Below are positions 47,785 to 57,914 of a DNA stretch of 64,000 bases, piece by piece. The notes below the pieces were generated by a model. The model worked only from the letters and a program-made list of their open reading frames with translations, was not told where the DNA came from and did not search any database. Origin of the DNA: Candidatus Zixiibacteriota bacterium (GTDB taxonomy: Bacteria; Zixibacteria; MSB-5A5; GN15; FEB-12); assembly GCA_020351995.1 (NCBI GenBank), contig CP070674.1, forward strand, positions 1,313,852 to 1,377,851, read 5' to 3'. The stretch's first letter is position 1; every line of letters begins with the position of its first letter. The translations under genes were made by a program, and so were the position numbers.

Positions 47785-48523
47785 GTGAGTAGCCGCCGTC
47801 GACTATTACTGTCTGGCCGGTAATCCAAGTCGCCTTCGGCCCCGCCAGGAACACCACAACATCCGCAATTTCCTCCGGTCTGCCGACCCGTTTGAACGGA
47901 GTGCGATCGGACACCTCCTGAAGCATCTGCTGATAATTCGGAAAGCTTTTCAAAGCATTGGTATCGATGAATCCGCCGGACACGCAGTTGACTGTTATGT
48001 GTCGCGAGGCCAGTTCGATAGCCATATACTTGACCATGTTTTCAATAGCGGCTTTGGACACACCGATTGAGGCGTAACCGGGAATGTACCGAATGGAGCC
48101 GAGCGATGATAATGTTACGATGCGGCTGTGGTCGGGCATGATGGGCGAAGCCAGTTGGACACTATTGAGAAAGGCCCGGGCGTTGGTATGCATGGACAGG
48201 TCCCAGGCTTTGTCATCGATGTCAATCATACTGGTAAACAAGCCGAGGGCGGCATTGGATATCAGGATATCTAGCTTGCCGAAACGTTCTTTAATACCTT
48301 CGAATATGGGCGGTAGCTGATCGTGGTTTCCCATGTTGGCCCGGTGAGCATAACTCTCGACACCGAAGCTTTTGATCTTTTCAACGGTTTCATTGGCGGC
48401 CTGGCGTAAGCGGAAATAATTGACGACGACATGGGCTCCTTGCTCGGCCAGCTTTTCCGCCACACATCGACCGATTCCTTTCGTCCCTCCCGAGACGAAG
48501 GCAACTTTACCTTTGAGTTCCAA
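47777..48523 (-). CDS. fabL: Enoyl-ACP reductase, FabL-like SDR
   Basis: GGTKGIG, ISNAALG, SSLGS, Y-x6-K (YASIGVSK), NCVSGG..DT. Confidence 0.8.
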   Translation of the reverse strand: MELKGKVAFVSGGTKGIGRCVAEKLAEQGAHVVVNYFRLRQAANETVEKIKSFGVESYAHRANMGNHDQLPPIFEGIKERFGKLDILISNAALGLFTSMIDIDDKAWDLSMHTNARAFLNSVQLASPIMPDHSRIVTLSSLGSIRYIPGYASIGVSKAAIENMVKYMAIELASRHITVNCVSGGFIDTNALKSFPNYQQMLQEVSDRTPFKRVGRPEEIADVVVFLAGPKATWITGQTVIVDGGYSLM

Positions 48524-48541
48524 CCCGGTTTGCCCCCTGTT

Positions 48542-49246
48542 TTATATCACATTTCCGCCAGCCTGCGACTCGATATCCTCGGCGATTTCGTCCAGTCGGA
48601 CAGGATAAAATGCTGTCTCGAACACATCCGTATAGGCCTCGATCAATTGCCGGCCAAATTCCGCCATATCGATCTGATGACCCACCAGGGCTTTTGCCGA
48701 GGTCATAACGTCGGCATCAAGCCCGCAAGGGCTGATTCTCTTGAAATCGCTCAGGTCGGTATTAAGATTGACGGCGGCACCGTGAAAGGATATCCAGTTT
48801 CTCACCGCCACACCGACAGAGGCAATTTTCTTCTTATCCACCCAAACGCCGGTGTGTTCTTCATCCTTTCTTGCCTTTATTCCAATCTGTTCCAGGGTTC
48901 TGATAATTCCATCCTGTATATTGGACATAAAGGCGTGAATGTCGCGCCCCCGCCGGCTCAGGTTGAAAATAAAATAAGCTACAAGTTGGCCCGGCCCGTG
49001 ATACGTAACATCTCCCCCGCGCTCGATGAAATATGGCTCGCAATCAAGAGCTTCAAAGTTCTCAGGATGACCGTCCTTGCCCACCGTTATAACCGGCGGG
49101 TGCTCAACCAGAATCAGGGTATCGCGTACCAAACCCTCCTTGCGGAGTTTGACCAGCCCGTGCTGCCATTGAAGGGCTCGCTCAAACTCGACCCTGCCGA
49201 GTTGCAAGACCCAGCCGAGATATTTTGCTTTTTCTTCGATTACCAT
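48542..49246 (-). CDS. lipB: Lipoyl(octanoyl) transferase
   Basis: EHPPVITVG, ERGGDVTYHGPGQLV, KIASVG, HGAAVN, PCG. Confidence 0.95.
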   Translation of the reverse strand: MVIEEKAKYLGWVLQLGRVEFERALQWQHGLVKLRKEGLVRDTLILVEHPPVITVGKDGHPENFEALDCEPYFIERGGDVTYHGPGQLVAYFIFNLSRRGRDIHAFMSNIQDGIIRTLEQIGIKARKDEEHTGVWVDKKKIASVGVAVRNWISFHGAAVNLNTDLSDFKRISPCGLDADVMTSAKALVGHQIDMAEFGRQLIEAYTDVFETAFYPVRLDEIAEDIESQAGGNVI

Positions 49247-49248
49247 TC

Positions 49249-50604
49249 TTAACGCAGCTGCATCAGCAGCAACCTGGGATCAGCCAGATATTCATGGATA
49301 CGGTGTAAGAACTGCACCGCGATATGGCCATCGATAAGCCGGTGGTCAAAGGACAAGCCGAAATTAGAGATGTCGCGGATCACAATCTCGCCTTTTACCA
49401 CCCATGGCTTTTTGATAATGGCGTGGACCCCGAGAATAGCCACCTGCGGCTGATTTATGATGGGGGTGGATGATGCGGCACCGAACATACCGGCGTTGGT
49501 GATTGAAAAGGTACCGCCGCTAACGTCGTCGGGCATCAACTGATTAGTTCGCGCTCTTTCTCCTATAGAGTTTAGCTCCACCGCCAGCTCAACGATGGTT
49601 TTTTTGTCGGCATTCTTGATTACAGGTACGATGAGCCCTTCTTCGCGCGCGACGGCAACACCGATGTTATAGTAGTTTTTGAAGATTATCTCTTTTTCGG
49701 TCATCGAAGCGTTTATTTTTGGAAATTCCTTTAAAGCGAGGCAGGCCGCCTTGATGATAAAGGGCATGTACGTAATCTTGGCACCGTAATTGGTCACAAA
49801 GCTGTTCTTGATCTCTTCGCGATACTTAACCAGCTCGGTGAAATCTATGTCCTCGAAAGTCGTTACATGAGGCGAGGTATGCACGGATTTAACCATGTGA
49901 TCGGAAATCATCTTGCGGATTCCAGCTAACGGCGTTCGCGTCTCGCGCTGCGCGGCAGGTAAAGGCTCAAATACAGGAATCTCAACCTTGACGAGGGGTT
50001 CTCGGGCTTTCTCCGGGGCCGGGGCCTTTTCGGCCGGAGGAGCGGAGGGCACAGCTACCATAGGTGCCGGAGGCGCCGGAATGGGACCCGGAGTAAACCC
50101 GGCGGCCTGCGAGCGCTCTTCGACAGCTCGCATGACATCATCGACAGTCACCCGTCCTTCTTTGCCAGTCGGAGTAACCGTCAGAGGATCGACCGAGTAT
50201 TCGCGAATCATCATCCTGACCTTGGGCGACATCTTCCCCTTGCCCATCTCAGCAGTTGCTTTGATTTCGGCTCGCGGTTTGGGGGTGGGCGGGGCGGCCG
50301 CAGGTTGTGCGGGTGCTTCCGGGGCGGCTTTCTTTGGAGCAGCTTCGGCCTTAGTCGCCGGTCCCTTGCCATCATCGATAACAGCGATACGCGTTCCGAC
50401 CGGGACTACTTCTCCCTCTTTGGCAAACTGATGAGTGAGAATCCCTTCGATTTCGGCGGGAATTTCCACGTTGACTTTATCCGTCATCAACTCCACAAGA
50501 ACCTGATTGAGTTTGACCGGTTCGCCAACCTTGACCTTCCACTCCAGAATCGTGCCTTCGAGGACCGATTCTCCCATCTGCGGGACCAACACGTCAAGCG
50601 CCAT
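49249..50604 (-). CDS. Dihydrolipoamide acyltransferase (E2) of a 2-oxoacid dehydrogenase
   Basis: Lipoyl domain (TDKV), Ala/Pro linkers, peripheral-subunit-binding domain, SFDHRLIDG. Confidence 0.95.
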   Translation of the reverse strand: MALDVLVPQMGESVLEGTILEWKVKVGEPVKLNQVLVELMTDKVNVEIPAEIEGILTHQFAKEGEVVPVGTRIAVIDDGKGPATKAEAAPKKAAPEAPAQPAAAPPTPKPRAEIKATAEMGKGKMSPKVRMMIREYSVDPLTVTPTGKEGRVTVDDVMRAVEERSQAAGFTPGPIPAPPAPMVAVPSAPPAEKAPAPEKAREPLVKVEIPVFEPLPAAQRETRTPLAGIRKMISDHMVKSVHTSPHVTTFEDIDFTELVKYREEIKNSFVTNYGAKITYMPFIIKAACLALKEFPKINASMTEKEIIFKNYYNIGVAVAREEGLIVPVIKNADKKTIVELAVELNSIGERARTNQLMPDDVSGGTFSITNAGMFGAASSTPIINQPQVAILGVHAIIKKPWVVKGEIVIRDISNFGLSFDHRLIDGHIAVQFLHRIHEYLADPRLLLMQLR

Positions 50605-50658
50605 ATTTGGATCCTTTTATTTCTAAGCTCATGAGATTACTTATTGTGAAACATAGGC

Positions 50659-50688
50659 AATATATAGAAGGTTCACCACTATAGTCAA
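50659..50688 (-). promoter_or_regulatory. Possible sigma-70 promoter upstream of the E2 gene
   Basis: Minus strand TTGACT-18 nt-TATATT. Confidence 0.45.
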
Positions 50689-50710
50689 TATTCGCCCCGA
50701 AGGTGATGAA

Positions 50711-51790
50711 TCAGTTGACTTCGAGCATTTTCTCAAGAGCCAGCAGAGCCTCCCCCCGAACAGGCTCCTTGACTTTGATCGGTTTGATTTCGCCTAAGTT
50801 TTCCAACGTATATGCCAAGTCATTAATAGTGGTGCGATACATATTGGCACAAACAGGACAAGTCTGACCCGATAATTCAAATATCTTCTTGTCCAGGTAC
50901 TGGTGAGCCATTCGGTTGATCAGATTGATCTCAGTCCCGATGGCTATGGTTGCCCCCGAAGGTGCCTTTGCGCAGTACTCGGTGATGAAACGAGTGGAAC
51001 CGGCAGCATCAGCCAACTCAACCACCTCACGCGGGCATTCCGGGTGAACCACCACTAGAACTCCAGGGTACTTTTCCCTCACTTCGCGAACATGCTCTGC
51101 TGTGAAGTTAGTGTGGACGTGACAGTGGCCCTTCCATAGTATGACCCTGGCCCTGTCTATCTGTTCGGTCGTCAAGCCACCGCCATCGCGAGAGAAATCC
51201 CAGATTACCATTTCCTCCGGTTTGAGGCCATACTTGATGCCACTGTTGTAACCAAGATGCTCATCGGGGAAGAAGAATAGCTTTTTGCGACGCTCGAAAG
51301 CCCACTTGTAGGCGGCGTCGGCATTTGAAGAGGTGCAGATAAGTCCCCCGTGGCGCCCGGTAAAGGCCTTAAGCCCGGCCGCCGTGTTCATGTAGGATAT
51401 GGGCATGAATGTCTTATCGCCACCGAATTCTTCAAGATATTCCCACGCCTCCATTACATCGGCCATCTCCGCCATGTCGGCCATCGGACATCCCGCCAGC
51501 GGATTGGGCAGATAGACATTTTTGGATTCGTCGGTAAGGATATCAGCCGATTCGGCCATAAAATGCACTCCACAGAATACAATCGTTTCAACATCCTTCT
51601 GCTCCGCCGCAATCTTGGAAAGACCGTAGCTATCACCGATGTAGTCGCCGAACCCCACGACTTCAAGGCGCTGGTAATGATGGGCGAGAATGACCAGTTT
51701 ATTACCCAGTCGTTCCTTGGCCGCAGCAATTCGTTCTTTCAGATCCTCATTGGTAGATTCACGATATTCTTTTGGAAGCGAAAAATACAT
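50711..51790 (-). CDS. nadA: Quinolinate synthase
   Basis: LAHHYQ, FCGVHFMAE, AGCPMA, CTSSNA, HPEC, GTE, CANM. Confidence 0.96.
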   Translation of the reverse strand: MYFSLPKEYRESTNEDLKERIAAAKERLGNKLVILAHHYQRLEVVGFGDYIGDSYGLSKIAAEQKDVETIVFCGVHFMAESADILTDESKNVYLPNPLAGCPMADMAEMADVMEAWEYLEEFGGDKTFMPISYMNTAAGLKAFTGRHGGLICTSSNADAAYKWAFERRKKLFFFPDEHLGYNSGIKYGLKPEEMVIWDFSRDGGGLTTEQIDRARVILWKGHCHVHTNFTAEHVREVREKYPGVLVVVHPECPREVVELADAAGSTRFITEYCAKAPSGATIAIGTEINLINRMAHQYLDKKIFELSGQTCPVCANMYRTTINDLAYTLENLGEIKPIKVKEPVRGEALLALEKMLEVN

Positions 51791-52849
51791 TTACTTATCT
51801 CTCCGATTATTATCGGCTTTCTTTTTCTCCCGGGCTATCTTTCTCATCACCAGTTCATGCTTATCCGTTGAGTGACCCGGGCTTACTTTGGCCTTTGGGT
51901 CAATATAATGCTTGGCGTTGTTGACGGCAATAGCCGCCTCGCCGCAGCCGATAGATATAAGCTTCAGTTTGCCCTCGTAGGTTACAATATCACCTGCTGC
52001 ATAAACGCCTTCGATGTTGGTACGCATACGTCCGTCCACTTTGATGGAATTTTTGTCGATTTCAAGACCCCAATCGGCGATTGGCCCCAGATTTGTGATA
52101 AAACCGATATTAAGGACAACCGCGTCAACTTTCAGCCTCTCCTGCTCGCCGGTTTGCGTCTGGACGATAGTACAATGTCTTACCCAGTCGTCACCCTCAA
52201 TCTGCTTCAACTCCCAGAAAGGATATTTGAGACGCACTGATGATTGTTTGACCTTGCGCACGGTGTCCTCGTGAGCGGAAAAGAAATCGTTACGATGTAT
52301 GTGCGTTATAGATTTTGCGACCGGTTCAAGCATAAGGGCATAATCAAAAGCGGAATCGCCGCCACCCACAATCAAGATATCCTTGTCTTTGAAATCATTC
52401 AGGCGACGCACGAAATAGTAAACTCCGGCCCCTTCCAGCTCTCTGACATTGGGAATATCAAGTCTTTTGGGGATGTATGCGCCAAGACCAGCACAGACTA
52501 TTACGGTTTTTGAAAGATGCTCAGCCTTCGGTGTGGTTAATCTTACCGTGCCGTCAGGTAGCTTCTCGAGGCCGATGACCTTCTCTTCGAGGCAATAAGT
52601 GTGCTCGTACTGATCTGCCTGTTGTCTCAACTGCTTGACGAGGTCCTTGGCAAGGATTTTCGGAAATCCCGCCACGTCGTAGATGTACTTCTCGGGGTAT
52701 AGAGCCATCAGACCGCCCCCGACTTCACCCAGCATATCGATGACTTTCGATCTGGTTCGTCTCAGTCCGCTGTAGTACATGCCATAAAGAGCCACCGGTC
52801 CGGCCCCGACGAAGGTAATGTCGTAAATGTCGTTGCTATGCGTGCTCAT
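51791..52849 (-). CDS. Thioredoxin-reductase-like ferredoxin-NADP+ reductase (YumC type)
   Basis: GAGPVAL, LYPEKYIYDVAGFP, VYYFV in place of CxxC, GGGDSA, C-terminal PGHST; ATG at 52849. Confidence 0.88.
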   Translation of the reverse strand: MSTHSNDIYDITFVGAGPVALYGMYYSGLRRTRSKVIDMLGEVGGGLMALYPEKYIYDVAGFPKILAKDLVKQLRQQADQYEHTYCLEEKVIGLEKLPDGTVRLTTPKAEHLSKTVIVCAGLGAYIPKRLDIPNVRELEGAGVYYFVRRLNDFKDKDILIVGGGDSAFDYALMLEPVAKSITHIHRNDFFSAHEDTVRKVKQSSVRLKYPFWELKQIEGDDWVRHCTIVQTQTGEQERLKVDAVVLNIGFITNLGPIADWGLEIDKNSIKVDGRMRTNIEGVYAAGDIVTYEGKLKLISIGCGEAAIAVNNAKHYIDPKAKVSPGHSTDKHELVMRKIAREKKKADNNRRDK

Positions 52850-52853
52850 TGAT

Positions 52854-53315
52854 TCAACTTGAGAACTCAATCACGGCCAGGATATCATCGTAGCTAGCCT
52901 GTCCTCTCTCGGCGAAAATTACCTTGCCCTGAGGGTCGACAGCATACACCGTCCTCAAGACCCCTTTGCCTCCGGCTTTCTGACTATTATAAGCCGCCAA
53001 CACTTTCTCACCCGGGTCTGACAGGATCGGAAAACCGAAACCCTTTTTTGCGGCGTAGTTTTTGTGCGATGAAGGGGAAGCTGAGTTGATAGCTAAAACC
53101 TGTGTGTTGTGGGCCTCGAACCGAGGCCGATAGTGCTCCAAGCCGGCGAGCTGACTGTTTCAGCCGGGGGTATTGTTCTTAGGGTAAAAGACAATAACCG
53201 CGAATTTGCCTTTCAGGTTCGCCAGGGATAACCTGCCGCCATCATACGCTTCGAGCTCAAAATATGGCGCCTTTTGTCCCAGAGGAAGCAGCGCTTTTTC
53301 CGAATTACCGGCCAC
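52854..53315 (-). CDS. Selenocysteine-containing peroxiredoxin (BCP/PrxQ type, 153 aa)
   Basis: GTG at 53315 overlapping the glnS TAG; MAGNSEKALLPLGQKAPYFEL...VFYPKNNTPG-TGA(53160-53162)-NSQLAGLEH...FPILSD...VLRTVYAVDPQG; TGA sits at the peroxidatic Cys position of FYPKxxTPGC. Confidence 0.9.
53112..53128 (-). promoter_or_regulatory. Candidate SECIS hairpin in the peroxiredoxin mRNA
   Basis: Minus strand GGCCTC-GGTTC-GAGGCC starting 31 nt after the TGA; a weaker hairpin (GCTC...GAGC) lies between. Confidence 0.5.
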
Positions 53316-55066
53316 TACTTACCCCCTTTCTTTTCAGCTTTTTCGATTTTGGCCCAGGTGTCGCGCAACGATACGGTGCGATTGAATACCGGCCTTTCGC
53401 TGCTGAAATCCTTGGAATCCACACAAAAATAACCGTGTCTCAGAAACTGGAAACGCTCTCCCGCCTTCACATTTTTCAAGTTTGGCTCCACCTGACATCC
53501 GGACAGGATTTCCAGAGATTGCGGATTTATACACTGTCTGAAATCTTCGCAATCGTCGGGAGACTCAACGGTGAACAGGTTATTATAGATCCTGACCTCG
53601 GCGGGAACGGCGTGATCGCACGAGACCCAGTGCAGGGTACCCTTGACCTTCCGCCCATCATGTGCTTCGCCGCTTTTGGTCTGGGGGTCGTAGGTGCATC
53701 GCAGTTCGAGTACCTCACCGGTCTTATCATCTTTGATCACACGCTCGCATTTAATGAAATAGGCGTGCTTGAGACGTACCTCTCTTCCGGGTGATAGCCT
53801 GAAGAATTTCTTCGGGGGGTCCTCTCGGAAGTCATCGTGTTCGATATATATTTCGCGCGAGAAGGGAATTCTCCTCACACCCATAGACTCGTCCTCTGGA
53901 TTATTGATAGCCGTCAACTCCTCGACCTGACCTTCGGGGTAGTTCTCAATTACCACCCTGAGCGGCTTCAATACGGCCATTACCCTCGGTGCTGCTATAT
54001 TCAGATCCTCGCGGACACAGTGCTCAAGCAGGGCGATATCAACGACACTTTCCCTCTTGGCCACGCCAACCTTGTCTAAAAAGCTCCGGATTGACTGCGG
54101 CAGGTATCCTCTTCGGCGCATACCCGAAAGGGTGGGCATCCGGGGGTCGTCCCAGGCGTCAACATGACCTTCCTCAACCAGGACCCTTAATTTGCGTTTG
54201 CTCATTACTGTGTAGTTAATATTGAGGCGGGCGAACTCGATCTGCTGGGGGTGAAAAACGCCAAGTTGCTCCAGGTACCAGTCATACAGGGGACGATGAT
54301 CCTCAAACTCGAGCGAGCATAACGAGTGCGTAATCCCCTCAATGGAATCAGACTGCCCGTGGGCCCAGTCATACATGGGGTAAATGCACCACTTGTCGCT
54401 GGTGCGGTGATGGGTGGCATGGAGCACCCGATACATCACCGGGTCACGCATATTGAGATTACCAGCGGCCATGTCAATCTTTGCCCTCAACACCCGTGAG
54501 CCATCAGGAAACTCGCCGGCTTTCATACGCTGGAACAGATCAAGATTCTCTTCAACGGGCCGGTTACGGTAGGGACTTTCTCTGCCCGGCTCGGTAAGAG
54601 TACCACGGTACTCCCTGATCTGGTCAGCGCTGAGATCGTCCACATAAGCTTTACCATCCTTGATGAGTTTCAAGGCCCATTCGTAGAGCTGATCAAAGTA
54701 ATCCGAGGCATAGAACAACCTGTCTTCCCAATTGAAACCGAGCCACCGGATATCTTCCATAATCGAATCTACGTACTCGGTATCCTCTTTGACCGGGTTG
54801 GTATCGTCGAAGCGAAGATTATACAGGCCGTTGTAATCTTCAGCAATACCGAAATTGACAAACATGGATTTGGCGTGACCGATGTGAAGATAGCCGTTTG
54901 GCTCCGGGGGAAAACGGGTATGAATTCTTCCGCCATTCTTGTTATTGCCCAGGTCCTCGTCGATTATGTCACGGATGAAATTGGAAACGCCAGGCTTTTC
55001 ATCCGTTGCCTTTTCGGGACCCCGGGGTTTATCGTCCTCTTGCGATGTCGAACCGGGTTTCTTCAT
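53315..55066 (-). CDS. glnS: Glutamine--tRNA ligase
   Basis: [36 protein letters not shown]. Confidence 0.97.
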   Translation of the reverse strand: MKKPGSTSQEDDKPRGPEKATDEKPGVSNFIRDIIDEDLGNNKNGGRIHTRFPPEPNGYLHIGHAKSMFVNFGIAEDYNGLYNLRFDDTNPVKEDTEYVDSIMEDIRWLGFNWEDRLFYASDYFDQLYEWALKLIKDGKAYVDDLSADQIREYRGTLTEPGRESPYRNRPVEENLDLFQRMKAGEFPDGSRVLRAKIDMAAGNLNMRDPVMYRVLHATHHRTSDKWCIYPMYDWAHGQSDSIEGITHSLCSLEFEDHRPLYDWYLEQLGVFHPQQIEFARLNINYTVMSKRKLRVLVEEGHVDAWDDPRMPTLSGMRRRGYLPQSIRSFLDKVGVAKRESVVDIALLEHCVREDLNIAAPRVMAVLKPLRVVIENYPEGQVEELTAINNPEDESMGVRRIPFSREIYIEHDDFREDPPKKFFRLSPGREVRLKHAYFIKCERVIKDDKTGEVLELRCTYDPQTKSGEAHDGRKVKGTLHWVSCDHAVPAEVRIYNNLFTVESPDDCEDFRQCINPQSLEILSGCQVEPNLKNVKAGERFQFLRHGYFCVDSKDFSSERPVFNRTVSLRDTWAKIEKAEKKGGK

Positions 55067-55203
55067 TTACTCTAGTCCTTGTTTCATTTCGATAGTGCTG
55101 TTGCCCATTCAATAAATGGATATCGAAAGCCCTCGTATTGAGTATATGCGTAAAAACAATCAGCACTCATGAAGGTTCACAGGATTGACCGGCCGCGCGC
55201 ACT

Positions 55204-55704
55204 CTATTGCAGTTTGGCCAGTTCCTCTAACAAACGCTCATTATCGGGCAGTTGGGCCAGATTTACATGCTCGATGTATCGGATTATTCCCTTCTTATCA
55301 ATCAAGAAAACAGCTCGCCCGCTATACCCTCGCTCTGTGAGAACACCATACTTTTCAGCTACGGCACCGTGGGGATAATAATCCGACATCAACGGAAAGG
55401 ACAGACCGCCGAGCGATCGCGCCCAGGCCTTGTGGCAGGGGACAGAATCAACCGACACACACAGGAGCTGGCAGTCATGTTCTTCAAACCGGTCGGCAAG
55501 CTTCTCGTATTGCGGTATCTGGTTAGCGCAAACCGGGGTCCAGTCACCGGGGTAAAAAGCCAACACCACGTTTTTCCGTCCCTGATACCAGGCGAGATTC
55601 AACTCACCCTCATTGTGCGTGGGCAAAGTAAAGTCCGGGGCCGGGTCATTTACGGACGGCCCTTTACAATCGCGGTCAATGTGCTGCACTTTATCACCAC
55701 TCAT
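55204..55704 (-). CDS. Cys-containing peroxiredoxin (AhpC/TSA, AhpE-like)
   Basis: [31 protein letters not shown]. Confidence 0.92.
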   Translation of the reverse strand: MSGDKVQHIDRDCKGPSVNDPAPDFTLPTHNEGELNLAWYQGRKNVVLAFYPGDWTPVCANQIPQYEKLADRFEEHDCQLLCVSVDSVPCHKAWARSLGGLSFPLMSDYYPHGAVAEKYGVLTERGYSGRAVFLIDKKGIIRYIEHVNLAQLPDNERLLEELAKLQ

Positions 55705-55895
55705 TCTTCGTAATCCCCGTACAGGTCACTTTCAAAACTGTCGCCATCACCTTCTACGGTTTCATCAGAGAGAAAATCCGGATCCTCCTCAGTCCACTCT
55801 GTGAACTTGCTCTTCGGAGCACCACAAACGGGGCACATATCGGGCAGGTCTTCCCCGTCGTGGACATAACCACAGATTTCACATACATATTCCAT
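55701..55895 (-). CDS. Rubredoxin-like protein with acidic tail (64 aa)
   Basis: [10 protein letters not shown]...[11 protein letters not shown]; AGGAGG RBS before ATG 55895. Confidence 0.9.
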   Translation of the reverse strand: MEYVCEICGYVHDGEDLPDMCPVCGAPKSKFTEWTEEDPDFLSDETVEGDGDSFESDLYGDYEE

Positions 55896-55930
55896 GCTGT
55901 ACTCCTCCTGCACCACTCAACGAGACTACC

Positions 55931-56431
55931 TTAGTGTTCTTGCGGTGACGTATCACCGTAATCAAACCAATAATAATTGCCCGACAAGGCCTCTTTCTCT
56001 GCCATCAGTAATTCGTAGTGATTGTGTTCTTCCCCGGCCAACTGGTCGAAGATATCGCGAAATATGACATCATCTACCAGATCTCTTTCCTGCTGATAAT
56101 ACCTGGTCGCGGCCAGCTCAGCCTCTATAGCCAGATTGATGAAGTCCATCTCCGTCTTGTGTTCTTCGAGGTGTCCTTTACGAAAGACTTCGGCCAGAGC
56201 CGTAATACCTTTAGCGGGCAGCTCGCCCACTTCACCGCCGACATGCTTGTCATACATTTCCAACAGGGTGGCTTTGTGTCTGCGTTCATCATCACGAAGG
56301 CTCTTGAGCTTACGCCTGGCCTCCTTGTTAGTGGTTTTCTCAGCTAACAGATTGTAAAAGAAATACCCGTCCTGTTCACCCTTAATGGCCATCCTCAGCA
56401 CTTCCGCCACCCGTTTTTTCTGTTCCGACAT
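55931..56431 (-). CDS. Ferritin-like (rubrerythrin-family) diiron protein
   Basis: Two E...ExxH repeats (AIKGE...DERRH; AIEAE...EEHNH); no rubredoxin domain. Confidence 0.9.
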   Translation of the reverse strand: MSEQKKRVAEVLRMAIKGEQDGYFFYNLLAEKTTNKEARRKLKSLRDDERRHKATLLEMYDKHVGGEVGELPAKGITALAEVFRKGHLEEHKTEMDFINLAIEAELAATRYYQQERDLVDDVIFRDIFDQLAGEEHNHYELLMAEKEALSGNYYWFDYGDTSPQEH

Positions 56432-56448
56432 TGGTCCCTTTCACTTAT

Positions 56449-57897
56449 TCAATGATACTTGTTTTCGATATATGTTACGGCTTTTCTCATTCTTTCGATA
56501 ACGACCGGCTTTGTCAATAAGACAAGAATATCGTACAGACCCGGGCCACCCGGCACACCCGATACGGCAAGCCGGGTGGGGTGAATTAGTTTCGCCCTCT
56601 TTATGCCCTTATCCTCGGCCAATTCGTCCAGGGTGCTTTCGGTGTTTTCATGAGTAAACTCGCTCAACAATTCGAATCGGCCGGTAAGCTCGGACAGCAG
56701 CGTGCCGGACTCAGGGGTAAAGGTTTTCTCCACGGCCTGCTCGTCGTAGTGATAATCGAAGCTGAAAAAGTAATTCCCGAGGGTGACGAAGTCTGTTAAC
56801 CGGCGGACGCGGTCTTTCAGGGCGCGGATGACGGCCCTGAGATACTCCCACCTTGTCTCCAGCCAGTACTTCGTGGTGCAACCGGATTCTATCAGGAGCG
56901 GGGCAACCAGCGTGGCCAGTTCATGATCGGTCTTCTTAAGAATATGTTCCCTGTTAAACGCAACCAATTTCTCCTCATCGAAAATAGCATTCGAGGTATT
57001 GAAGTTATCCGGCGTAAATATCTCTATCAGTTCGTCGGCGGTGTAGATTTCCCGGTCGGTCTTGGGCGACCAGCCAAGCAGACAGAGGAAATTAAACATG
57101 GCCTCGGGAAGAATACCCTCGTTTTTGTACTGCTCAACGTCCTTGTCGCCCAATCGCTTCGAGACTTTCCTCTTGTCAGGCCGCAGAATCAGCGGGATAT
57201 GACCGAATTGCGGCAGTTCATAACCCAGCGCCCGGTAGATGTGAATCTGTTTGAAGGTGTTGGTGATATGGTCATTACCGCGAATCACATGAGTAATACC
57301 CATGTCATGGTCATCCACCACTACAGCCATGTTATAAGTGGCGCTACCGTCTGAACGCGCAATAACAAAATCCTCAATTTCAGTGTTGGCCCGTCTCAAC
57401 TGCCCGGACACCATGTCGGTAAAAGTCGTCTCACCCTCGGGGATTTTTATACGGATGGCGAACGGCTCTCCGTTTGACAGCTTCTCTTCTATATCCACTT
57501 CCGTAAGGTTCAAACAGCGCCGATTATAATGCAGGGGAAGCTTCTTTTCTTTGGCTATCCGGCGGTCTTTTTCGAGCTGGTCGGGCGAGCAGAAACAGCG
57601 ATAGGCATGGCCACTGTCCAGAACCTGCCGGGCCTTCTCGCCGTAAAGCTCAAGACGAAGAGACTGATATATTATATCGCTATCCCACTGAAGACCCAGC
57701 CATTTCAGGGCGGAGAGAATCGGTTCAATCAGGGCCTTATCGGACCGTGAAGCATCGGTGTCCTCGATGCGGATCAGGAATTGTCCACCGAAGTGACGCG
57801 CGAAAAGGAAGTTGGCAATGGCCGTGCGGGCAGTTCCGACATGGAGGTACCCCGATGGCGAGGGAGCAAGGCGTACTCTGACAGGCTGATGGCTCAT
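56449..57897 (-). CDS. gltX: Glutamate--tRNA ligase
   Basis: RLAPSPSGYLHVG, RIEDTD, THVIRGNDH, KVSKR, RLAVSG. Confidence 0.97.
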   Translation of the reverse strand: MSHQPVRVRLAPSPSGYLHVGTARTAIANFLFARHFGGQFLIRIEDTDASRSDKALIEPILSALKWLGLQWDSDIIYQSLRLELYGEKARQVLDSGHAYRCFCSPDQLEKDRRIAKEKKLPLHYNRRCLNLTEVDIEEKLSNGEPFAIRIKIPEGETTFTDMVSGQLRRANTEIEDFVIARSDGSATYNMAVVVDDHDMGITHVIRGNDHITNTFKQIHIYRALGYELPQFGHIPLILRPDKRKVSKRLGDKDVEQYKNEGILPEAMFNFLCLLGWSPKTDREIYTADELIEIFTPDNFNTSNAIFDEEKLVAFNREHILKKTDHELATLVAPLLIESGCTTKYWLETRWEYLRAVIRALKDRVRRLTDFVTLGNYFFSFDYHYDEQAVEKTFTPESGTLLSELTGRFELLSEFTHENTESTLDELAEDKGIKRAKLIHPTRLAVSGVPGGPGLYDILVLLTKPVVIERMRKAVTYIENKYH

Positions 57898-57914
57898 GGG
57901 AAAATATTATACCG

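Noticed and set aside
53264-53794. 176-aa plus-strand ORF overlapping glnS and the peroxiredoxin start
   Set aside because: Antisense to two well-supported genes.
55067-55203. T-box or other leader RNA upstream of glnS
   Set aside because: No T-box consensus or terminator/antiterminator pair seen in this short spacer.
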